64,000 bases of DNA. It comes from Centroscyllium fabricii. Lineage: Eukaryota. The DNA lies in the NCBI GenBank assembly GCA_051313645.2, contig JBNRSN020000012.1:142786001-142850000 (forward strand), written 5' to 3'. A model generated the notes under the pieces. The model saw only the letters and a list, made by a program, of their open reading frames with translations, searched no databases and was not told the DNA's origin. Position numbers and translations under genes: made by a program. Positions 13,956-26,831 of this stretch are shown one piece after another; position 1 is the stretch's first letter, and each line of letters begins with the position of its first letter.

Positions 13956-14549
13956 AGGCCCTGTCACACCTAGACGTTTTAGCCAGCGCATGCAAATTTG
14001 GCTAAAACGCTGAACTTTTGACCTTTTTTTTCAGTTTTGGGCGTATAATAGCGTATTCATAACGTATTGGACGTATGCATAACGTATTAGTAACGTACAC
14101 AGAGCGTATCAATAACTTACAGATAACTTATACCAACGAATGCTTAGCGTTCACAACTTATGCCCAACGATAGTCTAACGTATGCATAGCGCGCGGCAGC
14201 GTATCGCCGACGTTTTAGATAAATTTTGATAAATTGGAAAACGCTAGCTTAAATCATCAAGGTGTGACAGGGCATGACAGGGGCAAGGTAATGTGTGTTC
14301 AACGATCGCCTAACGTGCCTACAACGTATGGCCAACGTATGTGGAACGTAGAAATTGTAACATTGATACGTCGTGATTTTTTGTGCATGCACAAAAAATC
14401 ACGACTTAAACGACGTATACAACCTATGGCCAGCGTATGCCAACGTGCTCTTAACGTCTGCATAACGTACCCATAACGTATCCGACGTAACCCGGCGTAT
14501 GAGCCAAATTTGCATACGCTGGCTTAATCGTCTAGGTGTGACAGGGCCT
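13956..14549. mobile_element. MITE, same family, tandem copy B
   Basis: Direct repeat of copy A, separated from it by TCA and followed by TAA. Confidence 0.85.
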
Positions 14550-15445
14550 TAAGGTTGGCTAATCCATGTAGTCGAACATAACAGTTTGCAACAGTTGTGC
14601 TGACCTATAATAAAAGCAATATTATTTTGTACAGGCTCTTTTCCTTTTCCCACCATCTCTGGAAGATATTTGGCGTGACTCACTCTGGTCAAAGGCTGCT
14701 TTCAAGGCAGGTGCCTCTGAAATGACCTTACCACTTGAACAATGACCCCATCCATGCAATGTGAGATAGGGTCACCAGTTTTTAGTGGTGGTGGGTGAGA
14801 GTTCTGCTCTGCCACACTTCTACGAGGGAGTGGGTCCTCTCTGGGAGGCTGGTCACTGAGAGCAATGGGACCAAAGTTGCTGGGCAAAGGTAATCCTGTT
14901 CTTTTTAACTGTAAGATCTTCAGTAGTTTGTTGCTTTTAACTGGGCTCCAGCATAAATGCCTTATTTTATTGATGACCTCATACTACACCTGCACTCCCC
15001 TTTCACAGCCAAATCTGCTTACTCCAACATCAACCTGGAGAGCAGGAAAAGCTCCAGACTCCTATTCACCACTGACCATTCTTCACCACAATCTCCATCC
15101 TCACTCTGATGAAAATTGAAAAATTTTGTTTGTATTTTATGGCTTCTCTCACCACTGCATTTTAGTTTAAGCAGAAAATCTAGGTTCTTATTTTTGATTT
15201 GTATTGGCTTCCTTGCGTAGGTCATTTAGAGTTTGGAGGAAAATTCTTCAGGTGCCAGCTCCCTGCATGCCACTGCCACTTCTGACATTTCTCGTCAAGA
15301 CTGATGGATGGCATAGAATACATCCACCCAAATATGGTTGGGTATATTCAAATACCATGGAAATATGACACATCAAATAATTTCCATCATTTGCCGCCTA
15401 GCAATGCTAGATTCAAGGACTGCCTGTATAGTCATTAGATAAAGC

Positions 15446-15806
15446 AATTCAATTCAATTCAATTCAAGTTTTATTGTCATTGCAGAGTACTAGTACAATA
15501 CAACGAGACGAAGACTCGACTCTCCCGAGAGTAGTGTAAACAAAATAAATAAATTACATAAATAAATTGCATACAGTAAAGTTCATTATCAGGCGTGCAG
15601 GTACCGGAGTTTCTTTTTAGAGTTCAGGAGGCTGACAGCCCTGGGGAAGAAGCTGTTCTGAAATCTAGTCGTGTGGGTGCAAATTGCTCTGTAGCGTCTC
15701 CCGGAGGGCAGAGGGGCAAACAGGCTGTGGCTGGGGTGTGTGGGGTCTTTTATAATGTTCATAGACCTCCGTAAGCAGCGTTTGAGGTAGATGCTTTCCA
15801 CTGAGG
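15446..15806 (-). mobile_element. Rex1/Babar LINE 3' fragment, (TTGAA)n tail
   Basis: ESIYLKRC...PSGRRYR...FFPRAV, near identical to the C-terminus of ORF 33886-35175. Confidence 0.9.
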
Positions 15807-16183
15807 GTGGTGGAAGGGCGATTTAAAAATTGAAGGGCTGTCGTAGCCTGTGCTAAGCTGGGAAGCTCACTTGAATTGTGTAAAAGAGCCTGATGCCAGA
15901 AAATTGGCCATGGTTGGAAGCATCTTTATAGCGGGCCATGACCAAGATACATTGGAATTTCACCAAAACGACAAATATTGGCAGGTACCTTTTAAGGAAA
16001 ATACTTAAAATGGCTTCTGCAGCTGCATGCTGGGAGAATGACTTCCATTCTTTTAGTTCTGCATGACATAGGTAAAATCACAGTTGATGATTATCTGATA
16101 CATGACCATGGGAAAGCGAGTTATCAAGCACACCCAAGTCATGGAAACAATTAACGGGCCTTTTAACTAATGACATTATCTAA

Positions 16184-16736
16184 AGGCCCTGTCACACCTA
16201 GACATTTTAGCCAGCGTATGCAAATTTGGCTAAAACGCTGGGTTACGTCGGATACGTTATGGGTACGTTATGCATACGTTAAGAGCACGCTGGCATACGC
16301 TGGCCATGAGTTGCATATGTCGTTGTACTTCGAGTAAGTCGAGAAATTTTGAGCATGCACAAAATTTCTCGACGTATCTTGCGTATGATTCACACGTTCC
16401 GCATACGCTGGCCATACGTTGTAGGCACGTTAGGCGATCGTTGACACACGTTACTTGTAAGTTAGTCATAAGTCAAAAGACGTCGAGATAATTTCTAAGC
16501 GTACCCGGAACTTATTTCTAACCTATGAGTAACGTGCTTTGAACCTATGTGTAACGTATCTCCAACGCATATTGACGACCACAGAACTTACTGAACGTGT
16601 TTGCTACCGTATAATACGTTTATGCATACGTCCAACTCGTTATGAATACGCTATTAAACGCCCAAAGTTCAGCGTAACCCAGCGTTTTAGCCAAATTTGC
16701 ATACGCTGGCTAAAACATCTAGGTGTGACAGGGCCT
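16184..16736. mobile_element. MITE, TIR AGGCCCTGTCACACC family (long TIR)
   Basis: About 60-bp terminal inverted repeats; related to 13389-14549. Confidence 0.85.
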
Positions 16737-16778
16737 TTAGCAGGTCTGCTTTAAGAAAGAACGCATTTGTTAGACACC

Positions 16779-17561
16779 GGGGGGGATTTTGCCGGAAGTG
16801 CAGGAACCTGGCGGGGATTGGTTGGGGCGGGTTCCTGTCCCGCCTGGCCAAGGTCCTGGGAACCCCACGCAATTTTCATTTAATTAAGCAATTAAATCCC
16901 CGCATGGGGGATCCGTTGGTAATTGACTCAATCGAGTCTGGCTCCAGCGGGCTGCAAGCATCTTGACAGACAGTTCCAGCACTAGTTGTTGACAGTTCCC
17001 ATGGAAACACTCCACTGTGACATCACAGTGAAGTGTACCCAATGGGAAAGGCCAAGTGCTGGTGACTGACAGGTGGGCGGGCGGGAACCGATTCTTTGAC
17101 AGCTAGCCAGCGGCTGTCAGCAAATCTGCAAAGGGTAAATTTCTGAGTTTTTGGGCACAGCTGGTGTTCACGCAATGGAGTGACTTATTCCTCCATGGTG
17201 TTGAAGGCGAGTGAAGCATTTTGCTGCAGGTCCTTCAGCACATTGAAGGAGAAAGTTATGTGCTCCCGCTGGGTTTTCACCAGCGGGGTTTTAGGATGGC
17301 GGGGTTTGGGTGGGAAGGGGGTGAAAATGGCTCAGGGCCTTTAAAATGGCATTACACATGCCAATTAAGGGCATGTAATGAGCTGACAACTCATCTCCGC
17401 CAGCCGCCGGCGGGAAGGTTTTGGGGCGGGGAGTCAGGGCAGGGGGAAAATGTCAAAGCGGCAGGGATACGGCGGGGGGGGGGTCGCGACCCGCCGGTTC
17501 CGCTATTTTGCCGGCTGACCCGCTGAAAACCCCGCCTCAAGGGGACATGAAAATCCCCCCC
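16779..17561. mobile_element. Non-autonomous Harbinger (MITE)
   Basis: TIR GGGGGGGATTTT/AAAATCCCCCCC; reverse-complement homolog of 53714-54501. Confidence 0.85.
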
Positions 17562-17619
17562 ATTATTGGAGGCCAGCTGATTATATTCTTGTAAAATCTT
17601 TTTTAATTTACAAAAACAT

Positions 17620-18387
17620 GGGTCATATTTTGCTGTCAATATAACAGCGAGGCTCACGGCGCTCGCTGTTATTTATGCGCAAATGGCACAGCAACTTTAG
17701 GCGAGGAGCAGATACGAGGTTAAACGTGAATATCCAAAAGTTGCTGTCTGAGTTGTGTCACTGCTCCATCAGCTTCATAAAAACAACATCCTGTTATCTG
17801 CCTCACCATTGAAATGCATTGAATAGCATGAAGTTGCTGTATTTGCACAGTAGATACGAACTAAACTTGCCACAGAAAGTTAAATCGAGTCCATTTCAAG
17901 GCTAAGTGCCATTTTAACGACATAATAAGTGTTAATTACTGCCAGTCAACCTCCCAGGCACTCAAAATTAACTATTACAAGTGTGGAGTCTCATTCTTTC
18001 AGGTGTTAATTGTTGTTGGAGATTTTAACAAAGTAAACATTTTTATTTACTTTTTTTAAAACTTTTCCTTGTCTCTTTTTTTCTCTCTCTTAATCCAATC
18101 TTTCTTTTCCTTTCTGTGCCTGATTTGACATTGAATTCGCCCACTCTCGTTTTCACTTCTTTCTCCCTCCTTGTGCTGTTTATTTCACAATCCTTCAAAC
18201 TGATTATTTAAGGAGATACACAGTTGCTAGCTCTGTTCACTCAGGTCCCAGATGCCCTGTTTCCCTCGCTGTGACATTATCAGCTCACACATTCAGCAAC
18301 TTGCCACACACAAAACCTAAACATGCAAAGGCAAGTCTAATTAATGGCAGATGCTGTTAGATTCACTTCTACAGCAAATTATGGCTC
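17620..18387. mobile_element. Old non-autonomous TIR element, about 770 bp, copy 1
   Basis: Colinear with 22056-22824; ends GGGTCATATTTTGCTGT / ACAGCAAATTATGGCTC. Confidence 0.75.
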
Positions 18388-19431
18388 CCACAAGGAAGAA
18401 AGTAGAAGGCATAAGGAGGTCCTCAAGGGCTAAAAACCTAAGGACTAATATTAAGAGATTTATCTTTCTGAATTTACATACCCAACATGAAAAACTGAAG
18501 TTTCAGAAGGTAGAGACCTATGATTATTTAATGTTCTATTGTGTGGGGACAGGAAGCATCGACTCCTAACAACTGCACTTAAACAATGCTGATACATAAT
18601 CCTGTTTCAGAAGTTACTTCAGTGCTTTGGAAATTAAATTAGAGTCACTTTACCATCCTTGGGTGAAATGCAGTCACTCGCAAGGCCAGACAAACAAACT
18701 TTCCGACTACTAATATTGGAAATCAACACTCCCTAGTGGCCCGCTGAAACATGAGTACAACTGACCCTCATTTTAGATTTCTAAAAGTGAGAATTGTAAT
18801 TCCTTTTAGCAAAACATTTTCAGTAAGACTCATCAGATAAAAAAAAGGGGACGGATCAGATCTCCAGAGAGTTGAATGAGCTCAAAAATCAGGTTACATT
18901 TCCTGGTAGTGCTTTGGAACTCATACTCGAGAAGATTGTCATTGTAAGGTTATTCAACGGACTGCAAATGATATTAATGCTGATGCATAAGAAAATAATA
19001 CTGACAAGCTCCAGTGTAGAATTAGGTAACACGCATCAAATTTATTCATTCTTTTCACACTGCTGGCAAAGCATTGTTCAGTAATACGCTCAAGGATCAT
19101 TATAAGATGCTAGGAACTGCAGTCCTTTCAATCGTAATTGGCTAAAAGTAGATAAGTACAGTCACTGGCAGAATAACCTTTAATTACACAGACTGAGTTA
19201 AGGGTGCTTCGTTTTGTGAGTTTGAAAACCCCGTAACTTTGGACTATCACAGGGATTCAGGAGTTACAAAAGCCTTTCAAAGCAGCGAGATAAAGTATGA
19301 AGCTCACTCTCAACAACAAGCCTGACATCAAAACTGCTCCCCATGCTGCTGAGACTGAAGTAATGCATTTGGACCTAAGCATTAGAAGTTCAAGGAGGTC
19401 TTTACTTTAGTTCCTAACAAGTATGCTGTTA

Positions 19432-19995
19432 GGTCACTAAACACCTCCTCTCTGGTTAAGAAGGCCCAACAGCGCCTGTACTTCCTAAGGAAGCTGAAGA
19501 AAGCCAGGCTGTCATCCGGCATCCTCTCCAACTTCTACCGCTGCACAATAGAAAGCATACTGACAAGCTGCATCACTGTCTGGTATGGTAATTGCACTAT
19601 CTCGGACCGGAAAACCCTGCAGCGGGTAGTCAAAACAGCTACCGTCAATGGAAAGCATCTACCTCAAACGCTGCTTACAGAGGTCTCTGAACATTATTAA
19701 AGACCCCACACACCCCAGCCACAGTCTGTTCGCCCCCCTGCCCTCCGGGAGACGCTACAGAGCAATTTGCACCCGCACGACTAGATTTCAGAACAGCTTC
19801 TTCCCCAGGGCTGTCAGCCTCCTGAACTCTAAAAAGAAACTCCGGTACCTGCACGCCTGATAATGTACTTTACTGTATGCAATTTGCATGTAATTTAATT
19901 GCACTACTCTCGGGAGAGTCGAGTCTTCGTCTCGTTGTATTGTACTAGTACTCTGCAATGACAATAAAACTTGAATTGAATTGAATTGAATTGAA
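19432..19995 (+). mobile_element. Rex1/Babar LINE 3' fragment with about 23-bp internal deletion
   Basis: Matches the reverse complement of 33732-34336; (TTGAA)n tail. Confidence 0.9.
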
Positions 19996-20557
19996 AGTAC
20001 TCAGATTATAGAGGTTTAATTACCTCTTAAAACTTCCTTAGAGCTTCAAACATGATCCAAAATATATTTCTAATACAAGTAGTGCTCTTACCTCATTTAT
20101 TGCAGGATGCTCTCCTAATGCTACTAAGTGGGTTTGAATGGATTTTTTCCCAATGTTTTTCGCCCTGTAGGATCATACCAAGCTTGCTCCAATTGGTCTA
20201 TCTTTCAATTGTCCTGCATCAATGATTAACACCAATTATTGTGCCAGTGCGATGTGCCCATTGTACAACTGGTTACATCTCAAAGACTATGCACCAGAAA
20301 TCCATCAGTTGGTTCAGCAAAGGGTGCAATTTCAAGATGCTGTTAGTGAGGTCTTATAAGAATATCTGACAGGATTTATTTGCAAACCAATGTAATTAAT
20401 AATTGACTGGGAGGTTGGATAGTTACTTTGGGAGTGTCGTCTTTTTTTTATTTAACAAGTACATATAATAACTCATCATTTTTAGTGTGGACATTTATAT
20501 CTTAACATGTTAGTTTTATTCTACAATAGGTGCCAAGTCAGATGAAGTGAGAGACTT

Positions 20558-21392
20558 GGGGGGGTGATTTCGCCAATGGGGGCACATTGGAGGCGGGACT
20601 GTTTCTGGAGGGTTGATTTCCCACCTCCATCGATTTGTAGCCAACCCACGCTATTTTCCCTTGATCGACCTTGTTCAGCCCGCCCAGTGGGCTTAGCAGG
20701 CCAATTAAGGGAAAGTCGGTTACAGAGAATGTCAGTGTATGACTTTTCATCTGTCAAAGATTTTTGATTGTTAAATTGTCATAATTTGACAGCTCTGCAA
20801 AACTGTCAAACAGTGACATTCTCTGTAGTTTAATGAGTTCTTGAATTCAAGACTCATCAAACCTCTTTCTTTAGCAGAAATTAGATGGTTGCTGTATTGG
20901 AGAATGCAACGGCCATCTGTCATCTCTGCCATGGAGGTGTGAGACTCTCCGCATACTCAACTCTTGAAGCCTGCAGGAAGAAACAAAGGTAAGTAAACTT
21001 TTGCTAACACTTTCCAATTAACTCACATATTCACTTTTCCACACTTGCACCCATCACTTACCTTCACAGCGCACATTTGCACCCCTCCGACCCCCGCAGA
21101 CCCACTACTTGCCTCGGTGACCCTAGTGGGGTTTCCCGACATCGGGAAGCGCGCACGTGTGTGGGTAAAATGGGGATAATCCTCTTATCTGTCTGTCAAC
21201 AGGCAGTTAAGTGGCTGTAATCCCCTCCTGCCTCCAAGGAGATGGGGCCCGGCACGAGTCAGCTACCCGCCTCCTGGCAAGATGGCACGGAGGCGGGTTG
21301 GGGGCGGGTTGGGCACCTGCCCCCAAATTCTGCCATTTTCCCAGCAGTCCCACCTCCATACCCACCTCCCCAGGGCTGGCACGATCACGTCC
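20558..21392. mobile_element. Probable non-autonomous Harbinger-type element
   Basis: Degenerate TIR GGGGGTGATTTCGCC / GGCACGATCACGTCC; GC-rich subterminal GGCGGG motifs like the other Harbinger MITEs. Confidence 0.55.
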
Positions 21393-22055
21393 TTGGTAAT
21401 GAATCTGTTGCATGCGTCAGTATGGTCAGCGATGCACGGCTGTAGTTTCCTTCACCTCTTCATATTTGTCTTCCCTCAGTTGTTACCCCCTTTATATTTT
21501 ACTGCTTCCCTAAGAACACAATCAGTCAGCTTTCAGTAACTCACCCAAGTGGCCATGCTTCATGTGTGGCCTTAGATAGTGAGCACTGCAGGCTAGTCCA
21601 CTATGTGAGGAGGGAAGGGGGTTTCAATCCCAGCAGATCCAGTCCTTTCCTCATCATAACAGACACCTACCCACACAGAGCAACCACACTTAGCATCAGC
21701 GGCTACACAAGTGCTCAGGAGCAGAAACTCTGGCTGATCTTGTTCGTCCTTCCATTGCAGTCAGTTGCAGTGCCTCAGTTCACATTTATAATGGAAACAT
21801 TTATGGAATAAAAATCATTTCAAGTGAAAGATTTTTAATCTAGAAGGCTGTTGATGGTGGAATCAAAACATTCACAACCCCACAGCCAAACATAAGAATG
21901 GTCAAATCCATATTTTGTTTAACAGCAGCTTAAAATAAACAAAATAAATAATTCTGTTGGAGATGCAATTGTTTTATGGCATTTGGAGGTTTTAAAAATG
22001 ACAAGAACATTTAGAAAAAAAACATTGCTGCAAGTCCATGATTGAAGAGCATACT

Positions 22056-22824
22056 GGGCCAGATTTTGCTGTCAAAATAACAAAAAATGGCATCCTCTGT
22101 TATTTATGCGCAAATGGTACAGCAATGAGGGCAAATGCGAGGTTAAACATGAATATCCAAAAGTTGCTGTCCGAGTTGTGTCACTCTGCTGTTAGCTTCG
22201 CGAAAATGGCATCTCGCTGTCTAGCTCCCCATTCAAATGCATGGAATGGCTTGAGGTTGTTGCATTTGCACAGTAGATGGGAACTAAATTTGGCATAGCA
22301 AGTTAAGTATTGTCCATTTCAAGTTCAGGTACCCTTTTAATGATGTGATGAGTGTTAATTACTGCCAAGCAATCTGTGGCACTGAAAAATAACTCTCACA
22401 GCTGTAGAGTCTCATTCCTTTAGTTTTTAATTGTTGTTAGAGATTTTTTAAATATCAAATGTTAAATTTAAAAAATTACTTATGTTTCATTTTCTCTCTC
22501 TCTCTTAATCCAATCTTTCTTTCCCTCTCTTTATTTCTCCTTCTGTACCTGATTTCACATTGAATTCGCCCACTCTAACTTACACTTCCCTCTCAGACCT
22601 TATGCTGTTACTTTCACAATCATTCAATCTGATTGGTTAAAGAGATAGACAGTTGCTTTCCCTGTTCACTCAGGTCCCAGATGCCCTATTTCCCTCTCTG
22701 TGGCATTATCAGTTCGCACTTTCAGCAATTTGCCATGCAAAAAAATTAAAAAGCTAAACATGCAAGGGCAAGTCTAACTAACGGCAGATGCTGTTGGATG
22801 CCCTGCTACAGCAAACTATGGCCC
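22056..22824. mobile_element. Old non-autonomous TIR element, about 770 bp, copy 2
   Basis: TIR GGGCCAGATTTTGCTGT / ACAGCAAACTATGGCCC. Confidence 0.75.
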
Positions 22825-22890
22825 AATATGAACTCTTCTCAGACACTCCCCAAGCTCCAATTCTGTGCAGAGGAACAGGACAAAAGCAAG

Positions 22891-25800
22891 TGACGTATCG
22901 TCAATAGTCTAATAAAACTAAAGACGCGTAGTTACCTTAACTAAAGGCTTTTATTAGCTTACAAAGGAGCTACGCTCCGATCGAACATCAGGTACAGAAT
23001 GGATGGGGGCAGGTCAGACCCCACCTATAAGGCACTCACCTGAGGGGAGGAGTTAGAGGTGTGGCTGACCTGACCCCACGACAGTGTCGCAATACAAAGC
23101 AGTGTATCATGCACCCGGCCGCTATACATACAGGTTAATATTGGGCAACAATATAATGGTGGTAAAAGAGTATATACAACAGTTACCACATTCACCCCTT
23201 CTTTGAAAATTAAGTCCGGCGGGGTGAATGGACAGAGCAGTTCATAATGAGTTTCTCCGGCAGTCGCGTCTGTCTTGAGGACCGCCGGGTCTCTGTCAGC
23301 GGCGCTGGTGCCAGTAGTGTCGGCGGCGCTGGTGCCGGTAGTGGCGGTGGGGCCGGGCCCTCCGGTTGCTGCTGTGCCTGCGGCGCGTCGTCCGAATCCT
23401 GGTCCTCAGCTGGTGGTGGCGGGGGCTCCGGTGTGTATGTTTGTAACGGCCAGCCTCCGGTGGGTTGTGGGCGGTGTATCGGCCAGTGGTCGAAATGTAG
23501 TGGCTGGACGGGTTGAGGCTCGTCCAGGGGCTCTGCTGTGGTGCTCCCGGCGGGCGCTAGGTCCCTGATGGAGACGGTGTCCTCGCGCCCGTCTGGGAAC
23601 TGCACGTATGCGTACTGTGGGTTGGTGTGCAGCAGCTGCACCTTGTCTACCAGGGGGTCGGTCTTATGGCCGCGAACATGCTTCCTAAGCAAGACCGGCC
23701 CCGGCATCGTGAGCCACGGTGGAAGGGCTGTCCCCGAAGTCGACTTCCTGGGGAAGGAAAAGAGCAATTTGTGAGGTGTGGCGTTGGTAGCCGTACACAA
23801 CAGAGAGCGGATCGAGTGCAGCGCATCTGGGAGGACTGCCTGCCAACGGGACACTGGAAGGCCTCTGGATTTCAAGGCCAGGCTGACCGCCTTCCAGATG
23901 ATCCCGTTCTCCCTTTCTAACTGGCCGTTCCCCTGGGGGTTGTAACTGGTCGTTCTGCTTGAGGCAACCCCTTTCTGAAGCAGAAGCTGACGCAGTTCGT
24001 CGCTCATGAACGACGACCCCCGGTCGCTATGGATGTAGCTGGGAGACCGAAAATGGCGAACAGCGTGGTGAAGTGTTTGATCACCGTTGCGCTCATCATA
24101 TCTGGGCAGGGGAAGGCGAAGGGGCAGTGGGAGAACTCGTCTACGACCGTGAGGAAGTACAAGTTGCGGTCGGTGGAGGGGAGGGGGCATTTGAAGTCCA
24201 CGCTTAGACGTTCAAAGGGGCGAGTGGCCTTAATGAGGTGCGCCGTGTCTGGCCTGTAAAATTGGGGTTTGCACTCGGCGCAAACAGGGCACTCTTGGGT
24301 CATAGCCTTGATCTCCGTGATGGAGTAGGGGAGGCTACGGGACTTAACGAAATGGGCAAGTCTGGTGATACCCGGGTGGCAGAGGCGATCGTGGAGTTCC
24401 TTCAGCCGGCCTAGCTGGGCACTGGCGCATGTTCCCCTGGACAGTGCGTCCGGGGGTTCATTGAGTTTGCCTGGTCGGTAAAGAATGTCGTACTCGTAAG
24501 TCGAGTGTTCGATCCGCCACCGCAGGATCTTATCATTCTTGATTTTACCCTTTTGTTTATTATTAAACATAAACGCGACCGACCGTTGGTCGGTGAGCAG
24601 GGTAAAACACTTACTGGCCAGGTAATGACGCCAGTAGCGCACGGCCTCCACGACGGCCTGGGCCTCCTTTTCCACTGCCGAGTGGTGAATTTCGGGTCCC
24701 TGTAGGGTGCAGGAGAAAAACGCTACGGGCCTGCCTGCCTGATTCAGGGTGGCGGCAAGGGCAAAGTCCGAAGCGTCACTCTCCACCTGGAAAGGGATGG
24801 ACTCATCAACGGCATGCATGGTCGCCTTGATAATATCTTCCTTTATCCGGGCGAATGCCGTTTGGGCTTCTACCGAGAGGGGGAAGACGGCAGCCTTGAG
24901 GAGCGGTCTGGCCTTATCCACGAACTGGGGAACCCATTGCGCGTAATAAGAGAAAAATCCCAGACATCTCTTCAGGGCCTTGGGGTTGTGAGGAAGGGGC
25001 AGTTCCTGTAAGGGGCGCATACGCTGTGGGTCGGGGCCGAGGACCCCGTTTTCCACCACGTATTCGAGGATGGCGAGCTGATCTGTACTAAAGATGCACT
25101 TATCTTTATTGTACGTGAGATCAAGCCGTTTCGCCGTGTGGAGAAATTTGGCCAGGTTGGCATCGTGGTCCTGCTGGTCATGGCCACAGATGGTCATGTT
25201 GTCCAGGTAGGGGAAAGTGGCCTGCAACCCGTTCTGGTCAACCATGTGGTCCATCTCCCTCTGGAATACCGACACTCCGTTGGTCACGCCGAAGGGGACC
25301 CGGAAGAAGTGGTAGAGCCGACCGTTCGCCTCGAAGGCGGTGTACGGGCGGTCGGCTTTCCGGATCGGGAGTTGGTGATACGCCGACTTCAGGTCGATTG
25401 TGGAGAACACCTTGTACTGGGCGATCTGGTTAACCATTTCCGAGATGCGGGGAAGGGGGTAGGCGTCGAGCCCGGTGTAGCGGTTAATGGTCTGGCTGTA
25501 GTCGATTACCATCCGCTGTTTCTCGCCAGTTTTAACCACTACGACCTGGGCCCGCCAGGGGCTGGTGCTGGCTTCAATTATCCCCTCCTTCAACATACGC
25601 CCGACCTCCGACCTGATAAATATCCGATCCCCTGCACTGTATCGCCGACTCGGGCTTGCAGTTGGGGTGGAGGTTGGCGAACAGCGAGGGGGGGTCGACT
25701 TTCAGGGTGGATAGGCCGCAGGGCGACCCAGCGACGGCCCGGGCCACTTTCCCCTACCTGGACAACGTGACCATCTGCGGCCATGACCAGCAGGACCACG

Positions 25801-26515
25801 ATGCCAACCTGGCCAAATTTCTCCGCTTTAGGAAGGGATTGTCCCGGCTATTGACGGTGAGGGGGGCCAGGGTCCCGCCGAACTCCATTGTCATGCTCTT
25901 AAGGTGGCACTGGAAATCCAGTCCCAGTAAGACTGGGGCGCACAACCGTTTGAGTATGTACAATTTAAAATTACGGTACACGCAGTCACTAACTGTGAGC
26001 GTGACGGAGCAGTAGCCGGTGATGTCCGCCGTGTGGGACTGTGAAGCAAGGGAGACTTGGTAGCGCGTGGGCAGGATCTGTAGTCCGTAGCGCCGCGCTG
26101 TATCGGGGTGGATGAAGCTCTCTGTGCTTCTGGTGTCGAACAGGCAATTAGTGGCATGGCCGTTGACTTTAATCCCCATCATGGAATTTGATAGGGTGTG
26201 CGGCCTAGCCTGGTCGACTGTGGCTGAGGCCAAAGTGTGTGTGTTTGTGCGGGAGCCCTCTGCTGGCCGGGGCCGTGCACAAGATGGCGGCGCCCGTGAT
26301 CCGCACATGATCGTCCGCTGTGGACAAAATGGCGGCGCCGGGGAGTCGCACATGGCTGGCCGCTGAAGACAAGATGGCGGCGCCGGGGGGTCGCACATGG
26401 CTGGCCACTGCGGGCAAGATGGCGGCGCCCGTGATTCGCACGCGGCGGGCCGCTGTGGACGCGGTGGCGGTGCCCGTGGTTCACACGCAGCGGGCCGCGG
26501 TGGCTGGGTTGGCGG
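22891..26515 (-). mobile_element. Gypsy element (YLDN family) left arm: Gag C-terminus, PR, RT, RH, IN and 3' LTR (22891-23190)
   Basis: ORFs 24004-25596 and 23210-24190 (one frameshift); PPT AAGAAGGGGTGAA; LTR TGTGGTAAC..CGTCA. Confidence 0.9.
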
Positions 26516-26763
26516 TGTGGTAACCGTTGTATGTATTGTAATTACCACCATAATATTGTATCCAATATTATCTGTACGTATAGCGGTCGGGTGCATGATG
26601 CAACTGTCCTGTGTTGCGACACTGTCGTGGGGCCAGGTCAGCCACACCTCTAACTCCTCCCCTCAGGTGAGTGCCTTATAGGTGGGGACTGACCGGCCCC
26701 CATTCATTCTGTACCTGATGTTCGATCGGAGCGTAGCTCCATTGTAAGCTAATAAAAGCCTTA
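26516..26763 (+). repeat. Gypsy LTR, precise TG start, truncated after AATAAA
   Basis: Homologous to 22891-23190 (reverse) and 29519-29796. Confidence 0.9.
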
Positions 26764-26831
26764 GGCTTGCAGTTGGGGTCGAGATTGGCGAACAGTGAGG
26801 GGGGGTCGATTTTCAGGGTGGAGAGGCCGTA

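Noticed and set aside
26280-26500. 45-bp repeats with variable segments, superficially CRISPR-like
   Set aside because: In-frame coding tandem repeat in the Gag-PR linker; no unique spacers or cas genes; eukaryotic context
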